A DNA stretch of 64,000 bases from Piromyces finnis finn (GCA_002104945.1 MCFH01000024.1:496001-560000), one strand, 5' to 3'; counted from the first letter of the stretch, positions 1 through 15,048 are shown. Notes: generated by a model not told the origin, from the sequence alone. Program-made: numbers and translations.

Positions 1-511
1 TTATAATTAATATATGAATTTATTTTATTGCTGTAAAAAATATCAAAAGGTTTTACCAATATTTTAATAATAAATAAATAATTAATTGGAAAATGACAGG
101 CACAGACAAACTGTGTTGTGTGAATACAGATTACATATATATATAATTTAATGGTATTTATATAATATTACAATTTGTTGTTGCTTTTAATAATAATTTG
201 AATTTCTAAACCAGTCACCAAATAAAAAATAGAAGCAGAAAAAAAAAACTTTTTATTATTTTTATTATTATTTATTAAAATGATTTTTTTTTTATTTTTA
301 TACATTCATTAAAAATAAATATTATTAATATTATTACTACTTCAGAAGACTATTATTTTTTTATATATTTAATTTTCTATAGCTTTGTTTACTCAAGTAA
401 AGAAAATATGTATATACATATGTCTATTAATGTATATATATATATTTTCTCGTGTATTCCTTTATTTTTTTTTTTTGCTTTAATAGAATAAACCAATGGA
501 AATATATTTTA

Positions 512-2309
512 TTATTTCTCAGTTTCCTTATTAGTGTATGAAGTGGAGGTGGATGATAAATTCATATTTGCTAATTCTTTTTGTACAAAACTTAACCAAT
601 CATTTTCTTTATTTTTTCGTATCATTTCTTCTTCTTCACGATCTTTCCTTAATTTTTCCTCATTCTTTATGGTATTACGTAGAGTATTCGTCATCAGTGA
701 ATTATCAAATTCGTATTTAGCATATTTAGAGGTTGATGCTTCGGTTGTTTCCATCTTTTTATTTTCTTCTTCTGTCCATTTTTCAGTGGTTATTGATTCA
801 GTGTTAGGAGGTAGATTGATGGTAGTTTCATCGATATCGTGAATGAATAATTTATCCTTGGAGGGAGGAAGAGATTTTGATAGAAATTGTATAGAATAGG
901 GATTATTAAATAAAAATTTCCAGGTATCATTAATTAATTGATTTGTATCCTTGTTATCTTCATCATGTCCATTTTTAATAGTTCTATTTTTTGTGGCTTC
1001 ATTAATATCCTTTAGAATGGAAATGGATTCGTTAGCTATATTATTAGATTCGGTATTTCCAATAGTATCATGGTGATCAATAATTTTAGCTTCGACATCT
1101 TCAAATTTATCAATATTTTGAAAATCTGGTAAATCTTCAGAAGAATAATTTTTATTATGAAGGGAATTATATCCTTCTACAATTTCTTGTTTTAAATCTT
1201 CCTTATTTTTTAACCCATCACGAAGACGGTAGTGTTGCTGAAGGTCAATGATCATTGATGCCCTTCTTAATTCATTATAAAACTCTTTTTCTAAATCATT
1301 ATTCGGTTCCTCTAGAGATTGATGATGATTCATACTTTTTTCATTTTTTGTCATTTTAATATCATTTTCATTTTCATTTGGTAATACTTTTTCTGGTGAA
1401 TCTTCCATTGTATTTTCAATTCTCATTGTTTTTTCTTCTTTTTCTTCCTCTTTTACACTATTTTCATCATCATCATTATTATTACCATTATTTAAATCTT
1501 TTTCATGAACATTATCATTAATAGATTCATTATCAGAATCATTCTCTTCATCTTGATGACTATTATACATTTCATAACTGCCATGTCTAAAGGATGAATC
1601 ATTAAATCCATATATTTTTTGAAAATGTTTATTTAAAACAATTCTATCTTTTACAATATCAAGATTATCATTCGTTGATGTTTTATTTGTTGTATTATAA
1701 TCATTAACATCATTAATATTTGATTTTGCTCTGGTTAAACCTCCTCTAAATCTACTATTATAAACGGATTCATTATCCTTTTTTTTTTTTTTTTTTTTAT
1801 TATATTGAAATATATATATATATATATATTAATTTTAGTATATCAACATTTTTTTTTTTTTTTTTTTTTTTTTGTATTTATAAAATAATAAAAATTATTT
1901 TACAGAATTTTCCCATTCTAAAAAATCATCACTATCTGAATCATCTGAATCATCCTCTTGAAATAAAGCAATGTCTTTAGGATGAATTGTTTCTTGAGGT
2001 TTAGAATAAGTATTGAAAGAATCATTTTTATTATTCTTTTTTAAAATACCAGAGCCTTGACTTTCAAGTCCTTTTTTAACCTTATCTAATACTTCATTAT
2101 ATAATCTTTAAATGTATTAATGGACACACATATAACTCATTAATGTCTATATTATAATAATAGTATCTATAATTATTTTTTAAAATATATATATATTATT
2201 TTTTTTTTTTTTTTCGAAAAAAAATTAAATACCTATTATAACTAATATAATCGGTTTGCCCTTGATGAAGGTAATGATTAATATCGGAATCAGAATTTGC
2301 TGTGTTCAT
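512..2309 (-). CDS. Hypothetical acidic, low-complexity (E/N/D-rich) protein, 3 exons (approx. 2309-2233, ~2105-1904, ~1778-512)
   Basis: ATG at 2309 (MNTANSDSD...). GT-AG introns join in frame through RLYNEVLDKVKKG...FLEWENS into the 352-aa ORF 512..1570. No recognisable domain. Confidence 0.7.
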
Positions 2310-3083
2310 TTTTTTTTTCTCCAAATATAAATGAATTTAATTAAAAAAATAAAGGAAAAAAAAAATTTTTTTTTTAAATTATATAGAAATGATGGTAACT
2401 AAAATAAAACAAAAAAAAAAAAAAAAAATAAATTTTTATATATCAAATACATAGCTTCAAACTCCGAATTTTTTTTTTTTTATTTTTTGATATTTATTTT
2501 TTTTTTTTTTTTTTTTTTTAAAATATAAAAACATGTGAATTACTATCATCACCACCATTACTACCACCACCACCACAACAAAAAACCAATTAAATAATCA
2601 TTATTATTATTTAAAAAAAAAGATACAAAAAATTTTACTTTTTTTTTTTTCTTCAATAACTTTCTATTTAAATAGATATTTAACACATTTTCTATTATTA
2701 TTTATTTATTATAATAATTTATAGATATATTTTTTTTATGATTATATTTTATATAGGCAAATTTATGATATAATATAATTATAGGTTATTTTTTTTTTCC
2801 TTTTTTTTTTTTTTTTTTTGATTATTATAGTCTTTTTTTTTTTTTTTTAATTATCTCTATTCATTTATTTTAATAATTAGATAAAAAAAAAAAAAGACTT
2901 TTTGCTATTGATGATTAATAATTATTTTTAATGGAGTTGCTTGACGTCGCATTAAAAATAGGATTTGTTGTTGGATGGGTCCATTCTATATATATAATTT
3001 CAATGACATATAGTATATTTATTCTTTCTTTTTTTTTTTATTCTATTTTTTTTTTAATTCTTTTCAAATTTCTTCTTATATAT

Positions 3084-5869
3084 TTAAAGTAAAACAACAC
3101 CCAATTTCTTTGGTTTAACATCAACACATTTATAGTTGTAGAGATAATAGTTTAATAATCCATCACCCTTTCCAAACTTTAAGTCATCTAAAACGTCATC
3201 ATTGTCCATCAAGTTTAAGCAGTTGAATACATCAAATCCTTCCTGTTGTTGTAGTATAATATTAAAAATTAATATAATTTCATTAGAATATCTTTTTTTT
3301 TTATATGTATAAATTTTTTAATTATAGTAATTTCATATTACTATTGTTTACTACTACTACTACTACTACTACTATTACTATTATTAATAATAATAAAAAT
3401 AAAAGAAAAAAAAAAAAGACTTACTGATTTAGCAACAATTAAAGCATCATTAATTAAGGCTCTGTTAGCACTGTATTTACTACCGTTACCTTCTGGACAG
3501 TAATAGAATAAGTAGGCAGCTTTAATGTCCTTATGTTTTGGATTACCAATAACAGAAGATGAAAGATTATAGAAACTAATGAAATCTGTAATTTTACCGT
3601 CTTTCTGTTAAATTCATTCCCAATAAATTAATATTTAAAAAAAAAGGTTATTCATAATTTATTCGATAATAAAGGCTATTTATTCAATCTATTCTACACT
3701 ATATACAATAATTATTTTTGATGATAATAGTAACAGACTTACCTCAACAACATAACTAAAGATAACATCTTTTCTTGGAATGAGCCAGTGTTGAATATCA
3801 TCACGTGAAAATATTGGTGCAACTTCAAACTTATTTAAATAGTTATTTAATAATTCTTGAACGGCATCAATATCTTCTTCCTTCATTTCACGGAAACCTG
3901 GAAGTAAAGGTTTCTTGATGATTATGAATTATAAATTACATTAGATAGGGGTTAATTTCTAAAAAAAAAATTTTTTTAATGCTTTTTTTTTTTTTTATTT
4001 ATCTATTTAATTACTAACTTCAGGAAGACGGAAGTATTTAATAGTTTGGGCCATAGTTTTATTTCTTCTCAAGTGAGAAAATTGAACTTCAATTAACTTT
4101 TTTGGATTTAATGATCTGTGATAGTATCTGTTGTCATTAATTTCATTTTTTTTTTCATAATGAATTAATTTCAAAAAAAAAAAAAATTTGTTAAAATTAT
4201 TTATTAGTTTTTTTTTATTGGGTTGCTGTACTATTTATACTACCTGCAAACAGAAATTGGTTTTGGTAAATGAACACCAGCGGTATATAAAGCTTGGAAA
4301 ATACCTTCAAGATGAATACGACGAGTAACTTCCTTGATTAAAACTGGTGCTAATCTTTTGGTTCTTAACTTTTTATGGACACATAAAAAGTTAATTTCAA
4401 CTAATTTTTGTTCACTATTTTTTATTAAAATTTTTTAAATGAATAAAATTTAGTTTTTTTTTTTTTTTTTCTATTGGAAGGGATTATGGGTTAATGAAAA
4501 TGTACTACTTTTTAATTTTTATATTGATATTTACTGTTCATGAATTCTAACAGTAGATGGTATACCACTGATAAAAGCAACTAATTTATTATTACTTTTT
4601 ACACGAACACCAAGAAGCCATTGTGGTTTCCAACCTGGTGGTTGTAAAGCCCTTTATTATTATGAATAGAGTATTTAATATTTAAATAATTTATAAAACA
4701 ACATATTAGTAATCTCATTGAACATTATTAATTATTAGTTACTATCTTTCATAATAATAAATATGTATATGTAAAGAGCAGTAAAGCATAAAAGAATAAA
4801 TTTCAACTCCTTTATTATTATTACTTTAAATGTCTTTTTTGATAATTACTATTAAATTTAAAACAATATTTTTGTTAAACGTTTAAGAATAAGATGTTTT
4901 TAAAATTTACCATTTTAAAAAGTCAGAGGAGTAATCAAATCTAAATAAAGCATCATCATCTTCAACGTAATTTTCGGTGAGTAAAGTGTATAATTCATTT
5001 AATTCTTTTTCTTCATCAATATTTACATTACACCAGGTAAAACTTGCTGGTAAGGCATATTCTTCCTTTTGAATTTGGTCGTATGGAGTATCAGCTTCAA
5101 TTGGTCCATCTTCTTTAACTTCTTCATCTATTTATTTCAACAATGGTTATAATATGAAAATTAAACATTGAAATTAATTTTTCTGTATAATAATAAGCTA
5201 TTATGAATAACTATGGGAAAGAGGGATTATAATCTTTCTTTTTATTTAATATACACGGATTTTAATGATATATATATATAAATAGTAAGGATAATATTGT
5301 ATATACACAAATGGTGAATATCGTTTATAAGAATTTATTTAAAATCTAGGATAATTCATAATTAATTTTATTACTTTTTTTTTTTTTTGAAAAATGATTT
5401 GAGTGAAACATTAAAACAATCGCATAATATAATTATTTTATTATTCCAAATGTTATATATATAATTCTTGATAAATAAATAAAAAAAAAGTATTAACAAT
5501 GAATTAAGCATGTTATAATTGAAAATTTTCTTGTTAAATTCCTGTTTATTAAAATTTTATGTTTTAGTGTCTTTTTCAAAAAATAGCTGTTTCATTTTAA
5601 AAACCATAATTAAAAGTAATGTACAATCCACAAATATTAATTTTTATTTGTTCTTTCCTCTTTCTTTCATTTTAAATTAAAGTAAAAAAAAAAAAAAAAA
5701 AAAAATTACCAATAGCTGGAACTGGTTGTGTCTTCCAGAATTTAAATTCTGGCTTTTCTGGTTCAGCTTCAGCAGTAGTTTGTTGTAAACTTAATTGATT
5801 AATAAAAGCTTGTAAAGATTGTTTAAGAGCTTTTTTTTGCTCTTCTGTCATATTATCCTTTCCACTCAT
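3084..5869 (-). CDS. NMT1: Glycylpeptide N-tetradecanoyltransferase (N-myristoyltransferase), multi-exon
   Basis: N-terminal [10 protein letters not shown], internal [14 protein letters not shown] and [27 protein letters not shown], and C-terminal [17 protein letters not shown]...LGVVLL* are canonical NMT motifs. Exons are separated by GT-AG introns. Confidence 0.97.
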
Positions 5870-6694
5870 AGTTTTCCAATATTATTTAAAATTTTAAAAA
5901 TTATTTATATAATAGTTGGATGATTAATTTATATAAATAAATATTATAAAAAAGAAAATATTAAAAAAAAAAAAAAAAAAAAGAAATTTTTGTTATCAGA
6001 AAGTTTTATTTCATAATATATTAATTTTATATTAATTTTAAAATTGAATTTTTTACCATAAATTTTTAAAAAAATTCTGGTGATAATTCCCTATATAAAT
6101 TATAATTGATTAAAAATCAACAAAAAAAAAAAAAAAAAAAAAAAAAAAACAGAGAATGCTATGTATATTATAAAATATAAAATTCTTTTTTTTATTCACT
6201 TTTTTATTTCTTTAATACTATTTATTATAATAATTAATATTAAGAGAAAGTACTTTTTTTTTTTTAAAGGTGTGATTTATGTATTGTACATAAAAGTTTT
6301 AATTGTATTGTACATCATTTTCTTAATTAAATTATAAATTAAAAATGAAATGGGAAAAAAGTTTAATTAAATTCTTATATTGAAAAAAAAGACAACTTTT
6401 TAAAGTATAAAATCATTCTTTATAAGAAAAAAAAAATCAATTAATAAAGAAGAAGAAGAAGAAGAAAAAAGAAACTTTGAGAAAATCTAAAAAACTATTA
6501 TTATTATATTGTATTAATATACTTTCTATTATAGAAAAAAAAAAAAACCTTAATGGAAAGTTAACATTTAGGAATAAAATCTTTTTTTTTTTTTCATTTT
6601 CAAAAAGGAAAAAGTAAAGAAAAACTAAAATAAAATATAAAAAAAAAACACTTTTTATTCAGGTTAATAAAATCAAAAAAAAATTATTAATTCA

Positions 6695-9326
6695 ATGAAA
6701 ACCGATAAAACTATTTTTAATAAAAACATTGAACAAGCAATACTTTTCAATGATACTCAAGAATTTTCTTTTTACTTTCATCTAGAAAACTTATTAAGTC
6801 TTCATTTTTCAAAAATAGGTCAATCCTTATTATATGAAGTGCCGTATGATAATAATTCAAATATTCATTTCCCATCCCATATACGTCCTTCACTCTTACT
6901 ATCCTATTCAACCATTTTTCAAAATAATACTAGTGAAATAAGGTCAACAACAACATCAACAACTCTATCTTCTTTTCAAAAAAAATATTTAAATGAAAAT
7001 GAAAATGAAAATCATTCCAATTCTTCATTAAAACAACCTTCTATAATTCATAGACAAAAAACATCGTTTATTTTAAGTAAATATAAAAATATTGTTAAAG
7101 AAGCCTTACAAATCCGAAATACTTATTCACCCTATACTTATTATCCTTTGGAATGGATTGCCAATGAAAAAGATAACTGGTTTAGAGTAAGTAGAGTTTC
7201 GGATCTTGACATGGAGCAGGATATTTTTATTTATTCTCTAAATGTAAAAATAATTATATATATATATATATATACATATATTTAATTTACCTATATATAC
7301 CTTTTTCATTATTATGATTATACCCATAAATAAAGACCAATTCAAGAATAGAATATGTTCATTGGCCTTTCCTATCATTCCAAATGGAAGCTATTTCAAA
7401 TAAAGAGAACCATTCCTCTTCCGATTTAATTAATAATTCTTTCCTAAAAAAATTAAATTTTACTGTAACGACCAATAATACTACTATTATACAATCTTTA
7501 GATAAATTTGTTACTATCACCATGGCACCTCATTATCAAATGTACGAAAAACAAACCTTTTTATAAAATTATAAAATAATTAAATTAATAGTAGTCAATT
7601 ATATGTATTATCAATAATTATTTTTAACCATTCATTTAATTTGTATAAAGATTTAAAGTTAAATACCCAATTTTTTTAGGAAAATTTTCAGAAGATCTTT
7701 TCCAATATACCCAATCTGAAAAAGTATATAGTGATTCTTATCGTGGACAGTATACTTATTATTTTATTACTCAAGAATATTCAATAAAAGATATACCAGA
7801 ATGGTGCCTCTATCCTCTATGGCTCATTCAAAATTACACAAAAGGTAATACATAATATATATTGACATTAAAAAAGTTAATTAGATAAATAGCTAATTTA
7901 TTTTTTATTTTTATTTTTTTTCTTACTAAATTTATATGTGTATATTTACTCTTAAAGTTAACCTTTCAATACAAAATCCTATTCAAGGTATTAAAAAAAA
8001 AGATATGATAGTAGAAAAATTACCTCAAACTTTTTATTCTTCTACGGATGATTCAATTCTTCAATCGCCACCAAATTTTGAAAAATCACGTCCTATAAAA
8101 TTATTATATACCCCTGAAGCCATTTATCGTTTATTACCGTCTAATGAAATAGAAATAAAGGTTAATGAAGATGAAACTGTATTTAGAACATTTGGTAATG
8201 ATATGACTTATTTATCTATATTTTATCCAGAACGACTTGGACAAGAAGATTTATTAAAATGGAAAGGAGATGGAAGAACATTTAATTCGGTAATTACAAA
8301 TCATTTTTCAAATAAACAATATCCTCTTCAGAAATTTCTTCATCAAGCCTTGATTATATATCAATCCTACGACGGCGGAACTTCATCATCCATCCAATCA
8401 CAGGTATTACATAAGGAACAGAAAAGTTATACGACAACACCTTCCAATTTTGAAACTAACCTTATGAATTCGAAATGTAATTTACCTTTCCATTTATATA
8501 ATTATGGTCTTGATAAAACTAATATGATTCCTATTTCACCTTTTTTATCATCAAAAATACAAGAACATTTAATCATTAATGAAAATGAATTTTGGGCCTA
8601 TGCCGATGGTCGAGTTCATGTGGTAAGTATATTAATAAATTATTACATAATGAAATAAAAAATAATAAATAAATTTTCTATTCCAAAATATTTTTTTTCT
8701 AAATACTTTATCCTATAATTTATTTTATTTATTAATGATAATAATTTTAAATAAAAAAAAAGGTTTTTTCAGATAGAATAATTATTTCATTAAAGGTAAA
8801 TTCAGATCAATGTGAAATTATTCAACAAAATGGTGAAAAAGTTGTATTTCGATTATCCAATGTTTTTGGGTATGAATATTATATAAAAATTGCTTTAGAT
8901 TTTGCAAAATGGGCTTTTTCAACAAAATCCTATCGAGAAATAAACAAATTAAAAAAACTTCAAGCGATAAATAGAATTCGAAAAGAAGTTTATCGTAATG
9001 AACTATTTTTATTTATGACAGGTAATAAAACCATCAACTATAATAAATATATAAATTTATATACATATTTTTGTATTAGTATTTCTTATTTTATTTTTCT
9101 TTTTCTTTATATAATATTTAATTTATTTAAAAATAAAGATTATTCTCGTCTTAAACGCCAAATGAATAATGATAAAATTGTATCAAATTTAGATGATATT
9201 ATGGGAATGAGAAGAAAAATAGAAGATAAATCAACAAATAATGAGATTAATTATATAAAATTATCAGAATTTCTAAGTGATATTCAAGAAAAAAACAAGC
9301 ATTTTTTATCACAATCAAGTCAATAG
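6695..9326 (+). CDS. C5orf34-like protein (DUF4524 N-terminal region, DUF4520-like C-terminal region), multi-exon
   Basis: IHRQKTSFILSKYKNIVKEALQIRN resembles the remembered C5orf34 segment IRQRTHFVISTYREQLQRALDFRN. YTYYFITQEYSIKDIPEWCLYPL resembles VYTWVKQCWSVAACPEEWKYPL. FWAYADGRVHV lies near the C-terminus. Divergent from NMT1. Confidence 0.65.
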
Positions 9327-9651
9327 TTGTTTAAAATCCAAATCCAAAATTTTAATATTAAAAATTCTTTTTTTTTTTTTTTTTTAAATATAAATATTAT
9401 GATATTTTTAATTATTATTTATATTTTACTATAATTGATTTCTAAACTTTTAGTTTCACGTATTTTAAACATAAATTACATTATAGTATTTTTAAATAAA
9501 TAAAAATGTAGTTTAAATATCAATAATAAAAAATAATTTTATTTAATAATATAAAAAAGTAAAAAAAAGATATCTTTTTAGATTTTAAAATTATATTTGA
9601 AATTTAGATTGGATTTCATAGTAAAATTTTAAAAGTTGTATCATTTCAAGT

Positions 9652-9903
9652 TATGCCTTCTGAAGAGAAAAAAAAAAGAAAAGAAAAGAAAAAGAAATTG
9701 TTAGTATGATTAAAAAATGTAATATTGGTAAACTAGAAAATACATATTGATAGAAATGGGCTTACTTTAAATGGTGTAAAGAAGCAATATATCATGAAAA
9801 TTGTTATGAAGTTGATACTGTTAATTATTTAATTGAAAGGGATAGAAGAAGTAAAGATTTAGTATTAAAACCAGTTGAAGATTATGGCAAGGCAATAACT
9901 ATG
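9652..9903 (+). pseudogene. Possible decayed ankyrin-repeat gene fragment
   Basis: Coding-like island in intergenic DNA with stops and frameshifts. The fragments DRNGLTL and DTVNYLIERD...KDLVLKPVEDYGK loosely resemble ankyrin repeats. Confidence 0.25.
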
Positions 9904-12900
9904 TAATACATGCTTTCGATAAAAATGAAAATCTATTAACTAAAAGTTAATAAAGTATTATTAATTTAAAGATTATTTTTAAAAATGAACGAATAAAAAA
10001 AAAATAAATGTTATTTTTAATATTTAATATCTCCTCCAATGTCATATTTATAGAATCAAAAGAAAAATAGTGTAACTAATAATAATAATAGTAGTAGTAG
10101 TAAAAGTAGTTTTAATAGAGTTTTTTTTTTTTTTTATTTAAATAATCCACAAATTTTTTAAATTTTTTGAGTATTTTGTGGGTATTTCTTAAAAAGGTAT
10201 TTATTCCTAAGCCTATTTTTTTTAATTTTATTTTTTACCAATTTTAATTAATATAAAATTTCCATATTTATCAATATTTTAATTAATTAAATCATTGAAA
10301 TTATTAAAACTTTAATATATAATCTATTTGCTTTTTTTTTTTTTTTTTAAAAAAAAACTGTTTTAGTAAGAATTCTTAACTACACCATTTGTAGTTATGT
10401 TAAGAATTCAATTATTTATTAAATAAAATAATTAAAATAGTTTTATATAAATAATAAAAAGTTATTCATAAACACTATTAATGTAATTATTGTTATGATA
10501 AAACTTGATAGAATTTTTTTATTAACAAATACATTAATCATTAAAATAGTATTCAATATTTTTATACTTTTTTATTAAATGTATAATTGAATTAAAATGA
10601 AAAATTAAGATGATCCTATTAATCTTCTTTTTATAAAGGCCTACAATTTCAACTTTATTTTATACATAATCACTTTAAAGTTTTATTAATTGAAATACAC
10701 TCTATTGAATAGGGATATAAAATACTAAAATACTTTGAATCAAATTAATAATAATCTGTTTTTTTTTTTTTTACTATTTTCAGTTTATATTCCTAATAAT
10801 TACCAATATTATTTATAAATTCTATAAATTGAAAAGAGCCTTTATTAAATTAACTCATATGGTCAATTTAAAGTTCATTCTTATTAATCAGATAAACATT
10901 AATTATTTTAATATTTTTCATCTTAACTCTTTATCAAATAAATATTTTTATATTAAATTTATTTATTATATTTATTTATTAAATTATAGTTATTTATTTA
11001 TTTTATATGTATTTATTCATTTAATTTATATATTATATTATTTTGTAATATATAAAAAATCAATTAAAATTTCATCATATGAATATAAACAAACAACTCC
11101 ATTTGAATCATGAATATATTTGCAATATATTAAATTTAATTAATTTTAATTTAATATAATAATTCCAATAACATTAAATATATTAATCATATATTATTTG
11201 GTTTTTTATTCATTAGTTGACTTTTTACATCATAGCATCATAGTAGTATAATTATAAAGTATAAAAACTTTAGATGTTCAATAAAACAAGCGATTTGAAT
11301 AGTAAAAAAAAGGTATTCCCATAGTATAATGTAATATATAAAAATAATATATTTGTTGTGTATACATTTCATTTAAAATTCATTTTATTAATAATAATGC
11401 AAGTTTAAAATTAGTATAATGAAATTTTGGTAATACCTAAATTTTATACTATACAAACTATATAAAATATTAAAAAAAAAAAAACCTTTTGATGAATTTA
11501 GTGTTAACTTTTATATATTTTAGTCCTATTTATAAATAGAGATGTAGTATAAAATAATAATATAATATTTTATTAAAAGAATAATTATTTCAATGATGTT
11601 ATATTCATTCTATTGAATAATTTTTTAATGAAAAGAGGTGTCAATGAAGGAACAGATGATCAAATAAATTGGTTTTTTTTTTACTTTTAATATATAAGAG
11701 ATGTCTATTTAAAATAAAAGGTATCATGATGAAATACACCTGATAAATGAATAAAATATGAATGGTTTTAGGGTGGTAAGAAGAAAACTTTTTTAATTTT
11801 GTTATATTAATTATTTTTTTAAATTTTCAACTATTTAAATTTCAATTTTTTTAATTAAAAAATAATTTATTTTTAAAATTTTAATATATTTAACATATAT
11901 ATTATAATACATTGTAATATATTGTTTTATGTATAATAGAAAAGAGCATATGAACATATGAACATCAACATTCAATAACCTTTTTAATTATATTTCGTTT
12001 TTTTATTTATACTTTTTATTATGATTATTAGTATTATTTATATTTCTTTGATGTATGTTATTCAATAAAATGAGAGTGTGTGGGTATGTCTTGAACATTT
12101 TAATTGATTATGGAGGTTTAAATAATTATTTATAAAAAAAAATCTAATTTTTAAAAACAAGGAATAGCAAAAATGTGAGATGATACTTTTAATATCATCA
12201 AGTAGGAAAAGAAAAATTAGTAAAAATGTATTTTCCTTGTTAAAAAAAAACTATTGTAAAAGATTATTAAAACTTTTTTATATTATTCATAACTATATAA
12301 ATATAACTTCATTTCACAATTCATGTCATTATCACTTTTTAATATTTCAAAAAGACTTAAAATTTCAAAAAAAAAAAAAAAAATATTTATATATTTAATA
12401 TATTAAAAAATAATAATAATAAATTTTAATTTTTAATTTTAATATAAATAAAAAAAATTTATTTTTTTTTCCTTTCATTTAAAAATGCAACTTTTTTCGT
12501 TTTATAAAAAAAAATAGTATCAAGAAATAGGTAGATTGCGCTTATAATATAAATAATTATTGCAATTACAAAAAAACAAACAAACAAACAAAAACCAAAG
12601 GATACTTTAAAAAAGTATTTAATATAAATACATTTTAATAATTAAAAAAAAAAGTATGTGTTTATAAAAACTTTAATAAAATAAACAAGTTATGTATTTA
12701 TTTGGCGTGTAAGAACATTTTCATAAATACAGATAAAAAATAAAATGATTTGATATTCGTTTGTTTATTATAAAGTGAAAAACAGAATAGTAAAAAGAAA
12801 AGAATTTTTAAAAATTACCAGCAAAATAAAATTTTTTAACCTCTCATAAAACATATTCGAAGGAAAGAAGAAAAAAAAGTAAAAAATCATTAATATAATT

Positions 12901-13794
12901 TGCATGTCATTTTCAAATAAATTTAATTGCCACGATTTAAATTGCAATATTTGAAACTTTTTTTTTATTTTTGTAGAGAAAGAGAGAGAAAAGTTAATGG
13001 ATATATGTAAAAGAAAATTATAAACTTGTAATCATTGATAAAATTACTTTTGAATCACCATCATTTATCACTTTTATTTTACAACAATTTATTGTTATTT
13101 TTTTTTTTTTTCAGTTTTATTTATTTACAAAATAGTTGTATTGAAAAATCAAATAATAAATCAAAAAATTTAGTATACAGTATAGAATTGAAAGAAAATA
13201 TATATAAATATTTCAAGGAATATTAATGTTTGTAAATATATTAATATAATTATAAAAAAAAAAAAAAAAAAATGTATTGTTGAAATAATAATAAAATATA
13301 TATTTTAATTGTATAAATATTCTCATTTATTATTTAAATTAAAATTAACATTTTCATTCTATATATATTTATAAATTATTATTAACACTACATTAACCTT
13401 TTCATAAACAGTTTAATATATTAAAATTTCAAAAAACAAACAAAAAAAAAACAAAAAACAAAAGACATATTTTATGGTTAACTATCAATAATAATAAAAA
13501 TATATTTATATGCACATATATATATAAATATAAAAGGAAAAGAAAAGAAAACATAAATTAAAAAAAAAAAGAAACGAAAATATAAATCTCAATTAATATA
13601 AATTTCAATTAATTGCCTTGCTTTAAAAAAAAATACCTAAATTAAAATTAATTAAAAACAACAACAATAAATATAAAAAATCAAGTAATAAAAACAATAA
13701 TAATAATAAAAGAAAAAAAAAAGAAAGTAAAGAAAAAGAAAAAACTTTGACTATAGCTTAAAATAATATTTTTGAAATTAAATAATTATTCAAA

Positions 13795-14181
13795 ATGCGT
13801 TTTCAACAAACCCTTCTTCTTCAAAAACAGCAAGTTGAAGAAATGGATAGAAGGGATAAAACTGAACAAGCTTTTGCACCAATAAAAGAAACCATTAATA
13901 AACAATATATATCAGTAAGGACATGGGTTAATCCAATGGCATTATCATTAGAGAGAGTAAAGCATAGGCAAATAAATGCAGCAAGTAATATACATAGTGT
14001 TTCTAATAATTCACCAAATTTATCCAATATATCTGATATAAATAATAATAGTGAAATAACCTCTGGAGCAACCTCATCAAATTCTACCATATTATCATCA
14101 AGACCACAATTTTCTATTCCTAATAATAATTCGTCATTACGTCTATCTGCATTAAATTATAAAAGAGGAAATTCATCATAG
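13795..14181 (+). CDS. 128-aa intronless protein with a Tco89 (TORC1 subunit)-like motif
   Basis: RFQQTLLLQK...INKQYISVRTWVNPMALSLERV resembles the fungal Tco89-family core (RTQQKLxLQR...IxREYxxVRRxxNPxxxSLxR). It is followed by an S/N-rich tail. The ORF is clearly coding-like inside a long AT desert. Confidence 0.55.
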   Translation: MRFQQTLLLQKQQVEEMDRRDKTEQAFAPIKETINKQYISVRTWVNPMALSLERVKHRQINAASNIHSVSNNSPNLSNISDINNNSEITSGATSSNSTILSSRPQFSIPNNNSSLRLSALNYKRGNSS

Positions 14182-14248
14182 CACATTATTTACTGATATT
14201 GAAAATATAAATATTATTTTATACCTTTTTATATATATATGTAATAAG

Positions 14249-14286
<38 letters not shown>

Positions 14287-15005
14287 GAAAAGAAAAATAG
14301 TAAAAAAGTATTGATTTTTTTTATTATTTAGTAACAATGTACAGAATTTAAACAAAAGTATATATATTTTTTCTATAAATAATTAATATTACTTATTTTT
14401 ATAGTTTGTAATTTCTAATATTCCTATAAAAATAGATTAAAATAATTCAAATTATTATTTAATCAAAAAAAAAAAAAAAAAAAAAAAAAAAACTGATTTT
14501 ACAAACATTTTTAATATCATCTCCATTTTTGTATCCTATATGTAAATTATTTAATAATAATAAAACCTTTTACCGTAATATATTTTCATTATCTCCCTTA
14601 AATAAACTAAATATAAACTATTAAATAGATATCTAGTAGTATTATATTATATTACAGTAGTAGATGTTATTTATTATTATGATAAAAATACACAAATAGC
14701 AGTAAACTTTTTTTTAAATAGTGATAACAAAGAAATGAAATTAAAATTGTATATTTTTTAAAATAGATAAATAATGTAACAGTTTTTTTTAAAGGAATTA
14801 CATAATATATATACTTTTAATGGAGGATGTCTTTTTTTCTTAAACATAAAAAAAAAAATTAAAAGTAATATAAGGAAGGAAAGTAATTCTCTTTAAATTT
14901 TTTTTTAAAAAAAAAGTTTTCAATAATATTATATATAATATTTATATAAGAAAAAACTTTTTTTAATCTATCTAAAATATTTTAATAAACATTCTAAAAA
15001 ACTAA

Positions 15006-15048
<43 letters not shown>

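Noticed and set aside
534-842. Plus-strand ORFs opposite the first gene, and similar antisense ORFs at 13821-14090, 21965-23887, 35307-35967 and 55783-58522
   Set aside because: They are shadow ORFs of real genes on the other strand or frame, with no independent coding signal.
10829-13226. Short F/I/L/Y/K-rich ORFs in intergenic DNA (also 15066, 16225, 28473, 30617, 51870, 62369)
   Set aside because: Their composition simply mirrors AT-rich background and homopolymer runs.
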